This document shows, in pieces, positions 8,464-17,896 of a DNA stretch of 64,000 nucleotides. The translations under genes were made by a program, and so were the position numbers. Each line of letters starts with the position of its first letter. The first letter of the stretch is position 1. The stretch comes from an uncultured Deferribacteres bacterium (GTDB lineage Bacteria; Zhuqueibacterota; Zhuqueibacteria; Zhuqueibacterales; Geothermadaptataceae). Location of the stretch: contig CAXHAT010000004.1 of NCBI GenBank assembly GCA_964014485.1, forward strand, positions 28,208 to 92,207, in the 5' to 3' direction. The notes beneath the pieces were generated by a model. The model was not told the DNA's origin. It ran no database searches and was given only the letters and a program-made list of their open reading frames with translations.

Positions 8464-9075
8464 TCAGCCTATCTCTTTTCTTAAAACTTCAAAAAGCCTG
8501 TTTGCCCATTTCGATGCATCGGTGACTTTTTGCGGATCAATATTCTCAAGAATATCGAATGAATGAGCGCCTTTTCCGTATTCGCCTTTTTGGGTTTTCT
8601 CAGACGCTTTTTTCAAACTCTGAATAATATCCTTTTTTGAAAGACTTTCTATATTTTTGCTTTTAGGCAACTGCGCTGATTTGAAATCTTTGCCGAAGAA
8701 GGTTTCCAACTCAGCAACGTCAGCAAGAAACCAGGTTTCCATGACTTGTACCATCAGGTGAGCTTGCGTATCCAGCACGTCTGAGAGTTTTGTCCATCCG
8801 TCCTGTTTTTTCAAATGCGCCCACGGCTGATTTTTGTGGGAAGCGCTGACGGGAGCTTCTGAATCGACAAGCAGGAAAGGGAATTCATTTGCAGCAGAAG
8901 TTCTGATTGCCGTGCAAAAATCATCGTAAGCGTTACGCCGCGAGCCGCAAGCAACAATTTTTGGCATCTTTCCCTTAAATCCGGCTTTTTCGAAAAATTT
9001 TGAAAATGCACGACGGCATTTCGTTTTCAACTTTTTTTGATCCCCGCCTCCCTCAACATAAATTTTTGCACTCAC
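8464..9075 (-). CDS. DUF4276-family (TOPRIM-like) protein
   Basis: IYVEGGG, LLVDSE, HLMVQ.METWFLAD, Y.KG motifs; GTGA overlap with the upstream ATPase. Confidence 0.75.
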   Translation of the reverse strand: MSAKIYVEGGGDQKKLKTKCRRAFSKFFEKAGFKGKMPKIVACGSRRNAYDDFCTAIRTSAANEFPFLLVDSEAPVSASHKNQPWAHLKKQDGWTKLSDVLDTQAHLMVQVMETWFLADVAELETFFGKDFKSAQLPKSKNIESLSKKDIIQSLKKASEKTQKGEYGKGAHSFDILENIDPQKVTDASKWANRLFEVLRKEIG

Positions 9076-10313
9076 CAGCGATTTCCCCCAATCTCACCTT
9101 TGCGCCACAGTTCTCCGAGTGAATATTTTTCGAGCCAATCTTTCAGTGCGTCTCTTTCAAGTCTTTTGAACTCTGTACACCCGTTGTTTTTTTCGCAAAC
9201 CAGGACAGATTCGGGCGTGTCCGAAAGTTCGTCTATCAGCGCTTCGGAATGCGTCGTTACGATCAGTTGCGTGCGGGCGGACGCTTCTTTCAGAAGCTTG
9301 GCAAGCGTCGGAATAATGTCAGTATGAATGCCAAGCTCCGGTTCTTCAATGCAAATCAAAGGCGGCGGTTTGGGGTGGCACAAAATTGCAAGCAAACAAA
9401 TATATCGTAATGTTCCGTCGGAAAGCCTGGTGGCTGGGATAGCAAAATCTCCTTCAGTTAAAAAGAGTTGTACTGATCCGCCTTCGATAATTACATCAAA
9501 GTCTTCAATTCCTTCATAAAATTCAGCGAGAAGTTTAAGAATTTGCTTTTTAACTTTTGGTTCTCTCTTTAGACTATTAAGAATCAGCCCTAAATTTTTA
9601 CAATCTTCGGTTAAAAAATCATTTGGCGCGTCTGGCTCTTGAGATTGGCGTAGCGGCGCTTGTCTTCCGAAAGACCATTCACGATAAATTCTTACTTTGT
9701 TAAACTGTTCTCCTAACCAAGTCAGTTCAGGGTATTGATCCGGGTCTTTTCGCTGAGAAAGAATTGATTTGTCAGGCGTCACAGACTCCCTTTGCAATCT
9801 TCTCTCGCCAGCCTTGACATTCAAGACCGGGTGATTATTCTCGTATCGATAATAGAAGTATGGAGCGTCTTCACCTTCTTTGGGTTTGGAATTCTCAAGT
9901 TGCTCGTCGACTAAATGAAATCTCTGACTATCGGAAACAAACTTCATTGAATATTTCAACGACTGTTTTTCTTCTCCATAATATTGAATCATCGGGCACT
10001 CAATCAAGGCTTCGACTAAAGCGGTTGAATCTTTGTCGCCCTTCCATATCCAATCTCGTACGCCCTTGATTGGCGAGGTTTGATCCTTCGGCAACGCTTG
10101 AAACAAACTAATAATTTCAATCAAGTTCGACTTCCCTGATCCGTTAGCGCCGATCAACACATTAAGCGGACTTAAAGGGATGCTAGCTATACTTGAACCG
10201 AAAGAAAGTATGTTTTTTACATTTAGAGTATTAATTAATCTGTCATTCATCTCTTGAATTCCAAAGTTGTTACTTATGGCAGTTCTCTCGTCCAAGGATA
10301 GTTCATTCTCCAT
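9072..10313 (-). CDS. ABC/SMC-type ATPase (AAA_21/AAA_15 family)
   Basis: Walker A GANGSGKS, signature LSDGT, Walker B ICIEEPE, H-loop TTHS, C-terminal LGELW..G.IGG; alternative start at 10250. Confidence 0.88.
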   Translation of the reverse strand: MENELSLDERTAISNNFGIQEMNDRLINTLNVKNILSFGSSIASIPLSPLNVLIGANGSGKSNLIEIISLFQALPKDQTSPIKGVRDWIWKGDKDSTALVEALIECPMIQYYGEEKQSLKYSMKFVSDSQRFHLVDEQLENSKPKEGEDAPYFYYRYENNHPVLNVKAGERRLQRESVTPDKSILSQRKDPDQYPELTWLGEQFNKVRIYREWSFGRQAPLRQSQEPDAPNDFLTEDCKNLGLILNSLKREPKVKKQILKLLAEFYEGIEDFDVIIEGGSVQLFLTEGDFAIPATRLSDGTLRYICLLAILCHPKPPPLICIEEPELGIHTDIIPTLAKLLKEASARTQLIVTTHSEALIDELSDTPESVLVCEKNNGCTEFKRLERDALKDWLEKYSLGELWRKGEIGGNRW

Positions 10314-11085
10314 AAAATTCAGCTTTGCGTTTTTCGACGAACGCGGTTAGACCTTCCTGCCCGTCTTTTGAGTTAAAGAGCGGCTCGACGAGTTGTCGTT
10401 CGAGCGCGAGACCCTCGTCGAGGCTCATGGTTATGCCTTGATAAACGGATTTTTTGATATTACCAATTGCCAAGGTTGGGCCTTTGGCGAGGCGGGATGC
10501 ATATTTTACGGTCTCGTCATGAGCGGATTCGGCGGAAAAAATTTTATTTATCATGCCAAGCTTATGCGCGTCCTCGGGCAGAAGCGCGTCGCCGCCCACC
10601 ATGAGTTCGAGCGCCTTGTTTGGGCCGACTAGCCGAGAGAGTCGCTGCGTACCGCCGTTGCCGGGGAGCAGTCCCAGCGTGACTTCCGGCAAACCGACGC
10701 GATACTTTCCTTCGGCGCCAAAACGAAAATCACACGCTAGCGCCATCTCAAATCCGCCGCCCAATGCATGGCCTTGAATTAGCGCAATGAACATTTTATC
10801 GCTTTTTGCCATTTTGCCCAAAGCGCCGTGCGCCACCCCGACCATTTCCATGTTGGCATCGGTCGGATTTGAGGTAAAAGCTTTAATATCCGCACCAGCG
10901 GAGAAAAACTTTTCCGACGCGCTTTTTACAATGACCGCCTTCGTCCCCGCATCGCCAATCGCCGCGTCGATAGCGGCGTCGAGATCACGCATGAAATTGA
11001 TTTCGTAGCTGTTAGCGGGCGGGCGGTCTAGCGTAATAAACCCAACGCCGTCGTTGCTTTCAAAAGTGACTGTTTTTTCTGACAT
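10303..11085 (-). CDS. Enoyl-CoA hydratase/isomerase (crotonase)
   Basis: LDRPPANS, FFSAGAD, GHALGGGFE, GLPEV.LG.LPG.GGTQRL; both catalytic Glu present. Confidence 0.9.
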   Translation of the reverse strand: MSEKTVTFESNDGVGFITLDRPPANSYEINFMRDLDAAIDAAIGDAGTKAVIVKSASEKFFSAGADIKAFTSNPTDANMEMVGVAHGALGKMAKSDKMFIALIQGHALGGGFEMALACDFRFGAEGKYRVGLPEVTLGLLPGNGGTQRLSRLVGPNKALELMVGGDALLPEDAHKLGMINKIFSAESAHDETVKYASRLAKGPTLAIGNIKKSVYQGITMSLDEGLALERQLVEPLFNSKDGQEGLTAFVEKRKAEFYGE

Positions 11086-11127
11086 TTATTGTTCCTGATA
11101 TTGATATTCTGGTCAATTTTAAAATTC

Positions 11128-11155
11128 GTAGAGACGCGATGTATCGCGTCTCTAC
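11128..11155. repeat. GTAG-type REP palindrome
   Basis: GTAGAGACGCGAT-GT-ATCGCGTCTCTAC, perfect 13-bp stem between ALDH and crotonase. Confidence 0.8.
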
Positions 11156-11163
11156 CAGGGAGA

Positions 11164-12630
11164 TTATTCCCAATCCAGTCCGCCGAAAACGGCGCTTTTG
11201 TTTTCGAGATAATAGTCAACGGCTTCAGGACCGTGCTCATGGCCGAGACCGGAAGCTTTGACGCCGCCGAACGGCAATTCATCGTAGCCATAATGGATTT
11301 GGTTGACCCATGTCATGCCAGAATCGATTTCACGAATGGCACGATTGGCCCAGGAAAGATTTTGCGTCCAGATCGAAGAGCCGAGGCCCCATGCGCTGTT
11401 ATTGGCTTTGGCGATGGCCTCGTCGAGGCTTGAAACTTTCCACACCGGCAGCACCGGACCGAACACTTCCTCAGTCGCGAGTTTGCTGTCCTCGGAAACG
11501 TTAGCGACGACCGCCGGGCGAAAGTAGTGGCCGTTGGCGTATTTGTCGCCTTGGGGACGTTCACCGCCGACGAGCACTTCCGCACCCTTGTCAACAGCAT
11601 CGGCAAGCTGCTCTTCGATTTCCTGGCGCTGGTAGGCAATGTGGAGCGGCCCCATGCGGATGAAGGGCTTTTCAGGCTTGGTAGTTCCGTCGCCGGGTTC
11701 GTAATTCGCGACTTTTTTAACCAAGCCTTCCATAAATTCATCGTAGATTTCTTCGAAAAGGAAAAGGCGTTTGACGGCAAGACACGCTTGTCCCGCGTTC
11801 CAGAAACGTCCGATAATCGCGCCGCTGATTGCACGTTTAATGTTCGCGTCCGGGCAAACAATCATCGGGTCGGAGCCGCCGAGTTCAAGCGTGATTCGCT
11901 TGAAATCCGGGCCTGCTACTTCCATCACGCGACGGCCCGTTTCCGACGAACCTGTGAGCGCCACACGGCGAACGTCAGGATGTGAAATAAGCGTTTCGCC
12001 AATTTCACGCCCCGGCCCAGTGACGCAATTGAGTACGCCCGGCGGAAGCCCTGCTTCGTTGAGCAAGCCGATAATTTTCAAAGTGGCCAAAGGCGTTGTG
12101 CTGGCGGGTTTAATAATTATTGGACATCCAGCAATCAGCGCCGGCCCGACTTTGGTGCCCATCAAAGTCAACGGGAAATTCCAGGGCACAATCCCGACGC
12201 AAACGCCGACGGGGCGACGAACGATTATGCCGTAAGCGTGTTTTCCCAGCGCCGGCGGCAACGGCGATTGCGCGCCGCGAATTTTGCTGGCCAGTCCGGC
12301 GTAGTATTCCATGCCGTGCAAAAAGTGATGCAGTTCACCGCCCGCTTCAAACAGCGGCTTGCCTTGCTCAAGCGTCAGCAGCTTGGAAATTTCTCTGGAG
12401 TTCTCTTTAACCAGCGCAATGCCTTTTCGCAACACTTCAGCACGGTCATCGGGCGAAGTATCCGCCCAACTTGCGAACGCCGCATTTGCCGCCGCTACCG
12501 CTGCTTCGGCGTCTTCAGCAGCGCCGCGCGGGACCGTGTCTACTGTGTTTCCATTTGCAGGATTTGAAACATCCATTGTTGCGCCGCTGAGGGCGTCCTT
12601 CCATTCACCGTTGATAAACATTTGCGCCAT
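11164..12630 (-). CDS. NAD(P)-dependent aldehyde dehydrogenase
   Basis: PWNFP, KPAS.TP, TGS..TG, LELGG, NAGQAC (catalytic Cys), EEVFGP, PFGGVK.SG. Confidence 0.95.
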   Translation of the reverse strand: MAQMFINGEWKDALSGATMDVSNPANGNTVDTVPRGAAEDAEAAVAAANAAFASWADTSPDDRAEVLRKGIALVKENSREISKLLTLEQGKPLFEAGGELHHFLHGMEYYAGLASKIRGAQSPLPPALGKHAYGIIVRRPVGVCVGIVPWNFPLTLMGTKVGPALIAGCPIIIKPASTTPLATLKIIGLLNEAGLPPGVLNCVTGPGREIGETLISHPDVRRVALTGSSETGRRVMEVAGPDFKRITLELGGSDPMIVCPDANIKRAISGAIIGRFWNAGQACLAVKRLFLFEEIYDEFMEGLVKKVANYEPGDGTTKPEKPFIRMGPLHIAYQRQEIEEQLADAVDKGAEVLVGGERPQGDKYANGHYFRPAVVANVSEDSKLATEEVFGPVLPVWKVSSLDEAIAKANNSAWGLGSSIWTQNLSWANRAIREIDSGMTWVNQIHYGYDELPFGGVKASGLGHEHGPEAVDYYLENKSAVFGGLDWE

Positions 12631-12785
12631 CGAAATGTGCTCCTTAAAAAAATGAAAACAAGGCGTTAAACCTTGTTTTTATTTCTTGGGTAAAAGTGTT
12701 TTTGAAAAATCCTGATCGAAAGAGTATGATTCATGATCAGAAAAAAGATGTGTGCAAAATAGCCGAAAGTCAAGCGAATTGTCTC

Positions 12786-13868
12786 TCAGCGCAATTGGTC
12801 TCGAAGGGTTCGGAGAGCCGTTGAAACGATCAGGTCTTGGCCGGAATCCAAAACGTCTTCAGTGCTAACGGTAATGTCAGGCCGGACGCCAACGTCTTCA
12901 ATAAATTGACCTTGAAGGTCTGTCTCGATCCAGGTGGAAATACTATAGAGCCAGCCATTCGGCAGTTCTTTTACGACTGGCCCGCCTGAACTTCCGCCGG
13001 TCTTGTCGCCGATAATGGTCGCATTGGCAGCCGCGCGCATGGCCAGTGCGAAGCTTTCCGCCGCACTCAAAGTCCAACGGTTGGTCAAAATGATCGTGGG
13101 CTTGGCGAATGGAACCTCCGACGTGGGGGCAACATATCTTGGCGTCGGTGCGGTCAAATCATCGTTTTCCGGTCCGTTGCGAAATTGGACGTTTCCGAAT
13201 GCAACCTTCTCAGACGCAAATTTTCCCGCCAAATACAGCGCCACTGCGTCGTTGCCTCCAATATTGTCGCGAATGTCGATTATGATTCCTTCGAACGCCT
13301 CGGATGATTCGAAAACAGCATCAAACGCAAGCGTCCAGCGCTCCTTCTGGTCGCTGGGAAAGCCGCCCAGGTGCATGTAGGCGATTGGTTCAAAAACAGC
13401 CGGTCCATTCTGGCTGGTTTGAATTTTTTTGATGCGAAAAAAGAACGGCAGCGGTTCATTTGTTGGCAGAATGGAAGAAACAGTAAACAGCCGCTCGACG
13501 ACGGGAAAACTAAAATTTCGGGGCGTGCCCGGCTCATTCACGACATGATCAAAAATTCGTGACGGCGTGATCAAACGAACATGACCGTCTTCGAGCTGCG
13601 AAAGCATCTCCCATAATATATTTGCCAAGGGGCGGGGAACGCGTCCGTTTTCATCAAACTGGGCGTCAAAGACGTTGTAGACGCTGCGCCACTCTACATT
13701 TTTATGGTCAAAGTACGGGTAAACGTTATCAAATTCCTGCCACAGCGTTTCAAATACCTCTCTTTGATTTTCATCTTCGGGCGAGTCTACAACGAGACTG
13801 CTACAAGACGCGGCGAGGGTTGAAATTAGCAGAAATAGAAATATTTTTCGATTCATCAAACAGAGCAT
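12786..13868 (-). CDS. S41-family peptidase lipoprotein (tricorn/CtpA-like)
   Basis: L.DGH, IIDIRDNIGG, TLSAAESF, G..TGGSSG, E..GVRPD; lipobox LAASC. Confidence 0.88.
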   Translation of the reverse strand: MLCLMNRKIFLFLLISTLAASCSSLVVDSPEDENQREVFETLWQEFDNVYPYFDHKNVEWRSVYNVFDAQFDENGRVPRPLANILWEMLSQLEDGHVRLITPSRIFDHVVNEPGTPRNFSFPVVERLFTVSSILPTNEPLPFFFRIKKIQTSQNGPAVFEPIAYMHLGGFPSDQKERWTLAFDAVFESSEAFEGIIIDIRDNIGGNDAVALYLAGKFASEKVAFGNVQFRNGPENDDLTAPTPRYVAPTSEVPFAKPTIILTNRWTLSAAESFALAMRAAANATIIGDKTGGSSGGPVVKELPNGWLYSISTWIETDLQGQFIEDVGVRPDITVSTEDVLDSGQDLIVSTALRTLRDQLR

Positions 13869-13895
13869 GTTTTGGGGATAACTTTTAGCGTGAAT

Positions 13896-14780
13896 TTAGA
13901 ATTTAAGAGACAAGCCGGAAGTCAGTTTTAGCGCAGCAGTTTCCGTCCTATGCAGCCGCGTCAGTCGCTGATAATCACTCGCAAGCCCAAAATTCAAGAA
14001 TAGATTTTCAGAAACGGCGAGGCCGATCTTTGCAACAAATCCGGCTCCTCTAAATTTATTCACGGTCGAAATATTGCTCTTCAGGGAGCCTTTGACGTAG
14101 CGCGGCGGGCGAAGCGAATATCCAACAATGGGGACGTCAAAAAATATCGAAAATAACGACGTTCTCGATTTATCCAGCGCAGCCTCAACGCCAATAACCG
14201 CTGAAAGCGCCGCATACATTTCTTCAACGATTTCGCTGGCAATACTTTGATTGAAACGACTGTTTCTTTGGCGTTTAAGCGCGTATCGCGTCGCAAAGCC
14301 GCCGCCGCCGCGTATTTTGATTCTCCCGTTTTGCAGGTCGGTCAGTTGGTTCAGGTACTGAAACGCGCCGTGCAATCGTTTGTATTCCAAACGATTGTCA
14401 AACGCCGGCGCTTCGACGTCCGAGCTCAAATCAACGCCGTTTGCATATGAAAAGCTCGCATTTATACGCCCGCCGGGCATTTGACGAACGTAGTAAATTT
14501 CCAGGGGGATTCTAAATCGCGATCCGGAATAGGTCGCCGCGGAAAGCGCATAGTCTCGCGTTTTCAAAAAAACTGCGCCAAAGTCCGCCCCAATTTCGTG
14601 GCGTTTTAACTTTTCAGCGGCTTGCGAGGGGAATGAGAGACAAATGAGAAGACTGAGGCTAAGGAATGCATCGCGAAGTCGGAGCACTTTTTCGGTTCCA
14701 AACGAGGTCAAGCGTTTATCAGTAGGCAAAAACAAACCGTCGTCCTGAAATTTGGGGACGGCGGCTTGCAGTAGATTCAT
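13896..14780 (-). CDS. Hypothetical exported/outer-membrane beta-barrel-like protein
   Basis: Signal-like segment, alternating aromatic/hydrophobic strands, C-terminal Phe (LSLKF); directly upstream of the S41 peptidase. Confidence 0.5.
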   Translation of the reverse strand: MNLLQAAVPKFQDDGLFLPTDKRLTSFGTEKVLRLRDAFLSLSLLICLSFPSQAAEKLKRHEIGADFGAVFLKTRDYALSAATYSGSRFRIPLEIYYVRQMPGGRINASFSYANGVDLSSDVEAPAFDNRLEYKRLHGAFQYLNQLTDLQNGRIKIRGGGGFATRYALKRQRNSRFNQSIASEIVEEMYAALSAVIGVEAALDKSRTSLFSIFFDVPIVGYSLRPPRYVKGSLKSNISTVNKFRGAGFVAKIGLAVSENLFLNFGLASDYQRLTRLHRTETAALKLTSGLSLKF

Positions 14781-14783
14781 TTT

Positions 14784-14984
14784 TCACTACCTGACACTTT
14801 TTGTATAGGCTTTTAAAACTGGTGAAAAAGCCCGGAATTGTCATGCTGGAAGCAACTTTTTTGATCCGACCCTTAAACTTTTGAGCATGATCTGTACTGG
14901 GAGGTAACAAAGATTCCTGCAAAATGACAAAACGGGCTTTTCGACGGCTCAAAAATGCAGTTTACAAAAAGTGTCAGGTAGAGA
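14784..14984. mobile_element. MITE family A, copy 1 (201 bp)
   Basis: Perfect 19-bp TIR CTACCTGACACTTTTTGTA (14787..14805 / 14963..14981); 10-bp TSD GATTCATTTT (14774..14783 / 14985..14994); homologous copy at 54370..54570. Confidence 0.85.
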
Positions 14985-15047
14985 GATTCATTTTAGTTTC
15001 TAAGCGCGAAAGCGATGAATGTTCCGCGTAAGAATCAGTGCGTTTTC

Positions 15048-16121
15048 TTAGCCGTCAGCCAACAAATTTCTAAGATCGATAATCCCGGCGTTTGCGCGCG
15101 AAATATAAGAAGACATGACCAGAGAATGGTTCGAGAAAAAGCCGAAATCAGAACCGTTTAAAATGATCGGGCTCCAAATTGTGCGTTGCGTCGCTTCCAG
15201 TTCGCGAATAATTTGCTGCAAGCTGCGAACGGCGTTTTTCTTTTCCAAAACTTCCTGAAAATCAACTTCAACAGCGCGCAGGAATTGAATCAACGCCCAG
15301 CATGTGCCGCGCGATTCATAAAAGACGTCATCAATCTCAAGCCAAGGAGTCTTCACTCGAACGCTGACCGGCTCTGAAGTTGATTGCCGCGCGTCGGCGT
15401 CCCCGGCGAGATTGGTATTGATCCGCTGCTGCCCCACGCTGGCGCTCAAGCGTTGCGACAAGCTGCCAAGTCGATTGCCGACAATTTTCAACCAATCGCG
15501 TAAATTATCCGCCCTTGAGAAAAATTGCGTTGTGGTATTGTTCGGGTCTGTGAGTCCGTCGAGGTATTTTTCGAGCGCAACAACGCCTTTTCTATACTCA
15601 TTTTCGGAAGACGGAAAAATCCAGGACTCGCTGTCCACGTTAAATTGCGGCTCGGCTTTTCTCAAATGTTCATTTTCTTCGGACTGCGTTTGCGCTCGAC
15701 TAATATCGTTGCGCAACGCTTTCGAAAAGTCACGAATTTGGACGAGAGCGCCGAACTCCCAATTCGGAATGTTGTCCATAAAAACTGTCGGCGGCGTCAC
15801 ATCATTGCTCAAATAGCCGCCCGGCTTGTTGAGCAAGGTATTCGCGACTTCAATAAGCGTGGCCGTCGTGATATAGCCGCGCACAATTTGCTGCTCGCTG
15901 CTTGCGCCAATTCGCTCTTTCGCCCTATCGACAACGTCAAAAGCCTCCGGCTCTTGCCCCCAGTAGTAGCTCAATCCAAAAAGAAAGAAAAACACGAACA
16001 AAACAATGATCACGATGATCGCACGCACGCCGCCGCGCTCGCGAAACTTCTTCAACGACAATGCGGCGCCGATACGCTTCCAAACGCTCTGTTTTTTGGG
16101 TGCTGCAATTTCGTCAAACAC
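15048..16121 (-). CDS. DUF2333-family membrane-anchored protein
   Basis: LL.KPGGYLSND, DN.PNWEFG, SR.Q.QS, RADNL, LGSLSQRLSASVG, KTPWLEIDDVFYE, NHSLVM.SYISRANA; GTG start with GGAGG RBS. Confidence 0.8.
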   Translation of the reverse strand: MFDEIAAPKKQSVWKRIGAALSLKKFRERGGVRAIIVIIVLFVFFFLFGLSYYWGQEPEAFDVVDRAKERIGASSEQQIVRGYITTATLIEVANTLLNKPGGYLSNDVTPPTVFMDNIPNWEFGALVQIRDFSKALRNDISRAQTQSEENEHLRKAEPQFNVDSESWIFPSSENEYRKGVVALEKYLDGLTDPNNTTTQFFSRADNLRDWLKIVGNRLGSLSQRLSASVGQQRINTNLAGDADARQSTSEPVSVRVKTPWLEIDDVFYESRGTCWALIQFLRAVEVDFQEVLEKKNAVRSLQQIIRELEATQRTIWSPIILNGSDFGFFSNHSLVMSSYISRANAGIIDLRNLLADG

Positions 16122-16208
16122 AGTATGCCTCCATTTATTTAAATTGGTCTTGTTGTTTCAAGTGCTCTGCTTGCTACGGAGGTCGCTGTTAATAGATACC
16201 TTTTTCTT

Positions 16209-17027
16209 TCAAATTTTACAATGGAGAAAATAGAAACATCGGCGCGCCTGCGCGTCTCGATAAAAAGCGGTAATTTGATAACCCGCTTCCATATATTTTT
16301 CAAACGCCGCGCGCGTGGATTTGCGCCAAGCCTTAGCCGCCGTCATTGATTTTTGCTTCAGTTTTTGGACGTCTTCCGGTATTTCAATACGGATTGTTTC
16401 CGAGGTCGAATCCAGTAGTTCGCCTGGTAAAAATTCATCATTTTCTACGTTTGAGCCGTTGATGACAGGCGCTTGGTTCAAAAGATTTTCCGAGTATGAG
16501 CGTCGCGCCGTCAGCGTTTTCTCAAAACGATCCTCAGCGATATGCCACGCGACAATGCATCGATCCATCGACAAGCCCGCGTGCAAGGCGCCGCCGGACG
16601 ATTCGTACATGTTCGGCACGTATTCATCGATCTCAACGCCGAGCTTGTTCAAATTAAAATTGGCATTACGCGATTCCAGCGGATCGTATGTCCAGTACAC
16701 AACCTCGACGCCATTTTTCAGGCAAAGCTCGCGTTGAAAATGTTTGAGTTTTATGCCCAGCCCTTTATCACGAAACTCCGGCCTGACGGCAAGCATGTCA
16801 GACCAGTGCACGATTGCGCTGTTTTTAACGCCGGTGAGACCAAAAACAAACCCGATGAGCTTGCCGGAATCATCAAATGCTCCGGCGGAAACACCGCCAA
16901 TCTTTTGCCCCACCATTTGGATTATTGGCGGGACGCATTCGGTGAAGTTTTCTCCCCAAGTCAATTTTTGTAATTCAACACACGCCTGATAATCAGCGGC
17001 GGATTCGAATTCGCGTAGAGTGGACAT
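16209..17027 (-). CDS. GNAT acyltransferase (COG3375-like)
   Basis: GFVFG, HWS.MLAV.PE.R.KGLG..LK..QR, WTYDPL..RNA.FN..KLG, Y..NMY, SMDR...W. Confidence 0.8.
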   Translation of the reverse strand: MSTLREFESAADYQACVELQKLTWGENFTECVPPIIQMVGQKIGGVSAGAFDDSGKLIGFVFGLTGVKNSAIVHWSDMLAVRPEFRDKGLGIKLKHFQRELCLKNGVEVVYWTYDPLESRNANFNLNKLGVEIDEYVPNMYESSGGALHAGLSMDRCIVAWHIAEDRFEKTLTARRSYSENLLNQAPVINGSNVENDEFLPGELLDSTSETIRIEIPEDVQKLKQKSMTAAKAWRKSTRAAFEKYMEAGYQITAFYRDAQARRCFYFLHCKI

Positions 17028-17137
17028 AGGCTTAGGATGGTTTGTGTTTTTTGCGAATCAGCGTTCAGAAAGCGGCATTTGAGGAAAGCCGTTTCTTATA
17101 TCCAAGCTAGGCTCGTAATGCTTTGACAAACAAATAT

Positions 17138-17896
17138 TTAGAGAAAAGAGTCGAAAATCAACTTTCCGGAAAAAACGAGCACGGCGGCAATGACGAAGCG
17201 GCGAATCCAGTGGTGGCCTTTTTTGACTGCGACATGGGTGCCCGCCCAGCCGCCAATCGCGTTTCCGACGCCCAAAAGAAAACCGTAGAGCCAGTGCACC
17301 TGACCGTTGACGACAAATATGGCCATGGCAAGGAACGTAAAAATGCCAACGACGATATTTTTAACGGCATTTATTTTGACCAAATCAAGCCCGGCCATCA
17401 AAAGGATGCTAATAATCAAAAACCCGACCCCGGCCTGGATAAAGCCCCCGTAGAGGCCGACAATAAAGAAGCCGATAAAAAGGACGATTCGACGCAACAA
17501 CGGCTTTTCCGCGTCAATCGCCTTGATGCGTTTCGCCGGATCGAAAAGGATGATCGCGAGCACAAAAAGCATGACGACGCCGAGCACAGGCTTGAATAAT
17601 TCATCACTCAGGTCAACGGCAACCCACGCGCCGATCCATGCGCCAATGAGCGCGGGAACGGCGGCCATAACGCTGGTTTTAACTGGAAATACTTTGTGCC
17701 TGCGGAATCCCACCATGGTCACCAACGACTGCATCAGCAAAGCAACGCGATTCGTGCCGTTGGCGACTGCGCCAGGGAGTCCGAGAAAAATAAGGGTGGG
17801 TAAGGTCAAAAGCGACCCGCCTCCAGCCAGGACGTTGATAAATCCAGTAATCACGCCGACTGAAAGCAGGATAGTCGCTTCGAGCCAAATTGACAT
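17138..17896 (-). CDS. TauE/SafE (TSUP) family permease
   Basis: GFINVLAGGGSLLTLP, ANGTNR, YGGFIQAGVG; strongly hydrophobic. Confidence 0.9.
   Translation of the reverse strand: MSIWLEATILLSVGVITGFINVLAGGGSLLTLPTLIFLGLPGAVANGTNRVALLMQSLVTMVGFRRHKVFPVKTSVMAAVPALIGAWIGAWVAVDLSDELFKPVLGVVMLFVLAIILFDPAKRIKAIDAEKPLLRRIVLFIGFFIVGLYGGFIQAGVGFLIISILLMAGLDLVKINAVKNIVVGIFTFLAMAIFVVNGQVHWLYGFLLGVGNAIGGWAGTHVAVKKGHHWIRRFVIAAVLVFSGKLIFDSFL

Noticed and set aside
12712..12775. PaaX operator upstream of the paa-like operon
   Set aside because: Only one TGATTC half-site, with no GAATCA partner at the expected spacing, and no paaX in the window.
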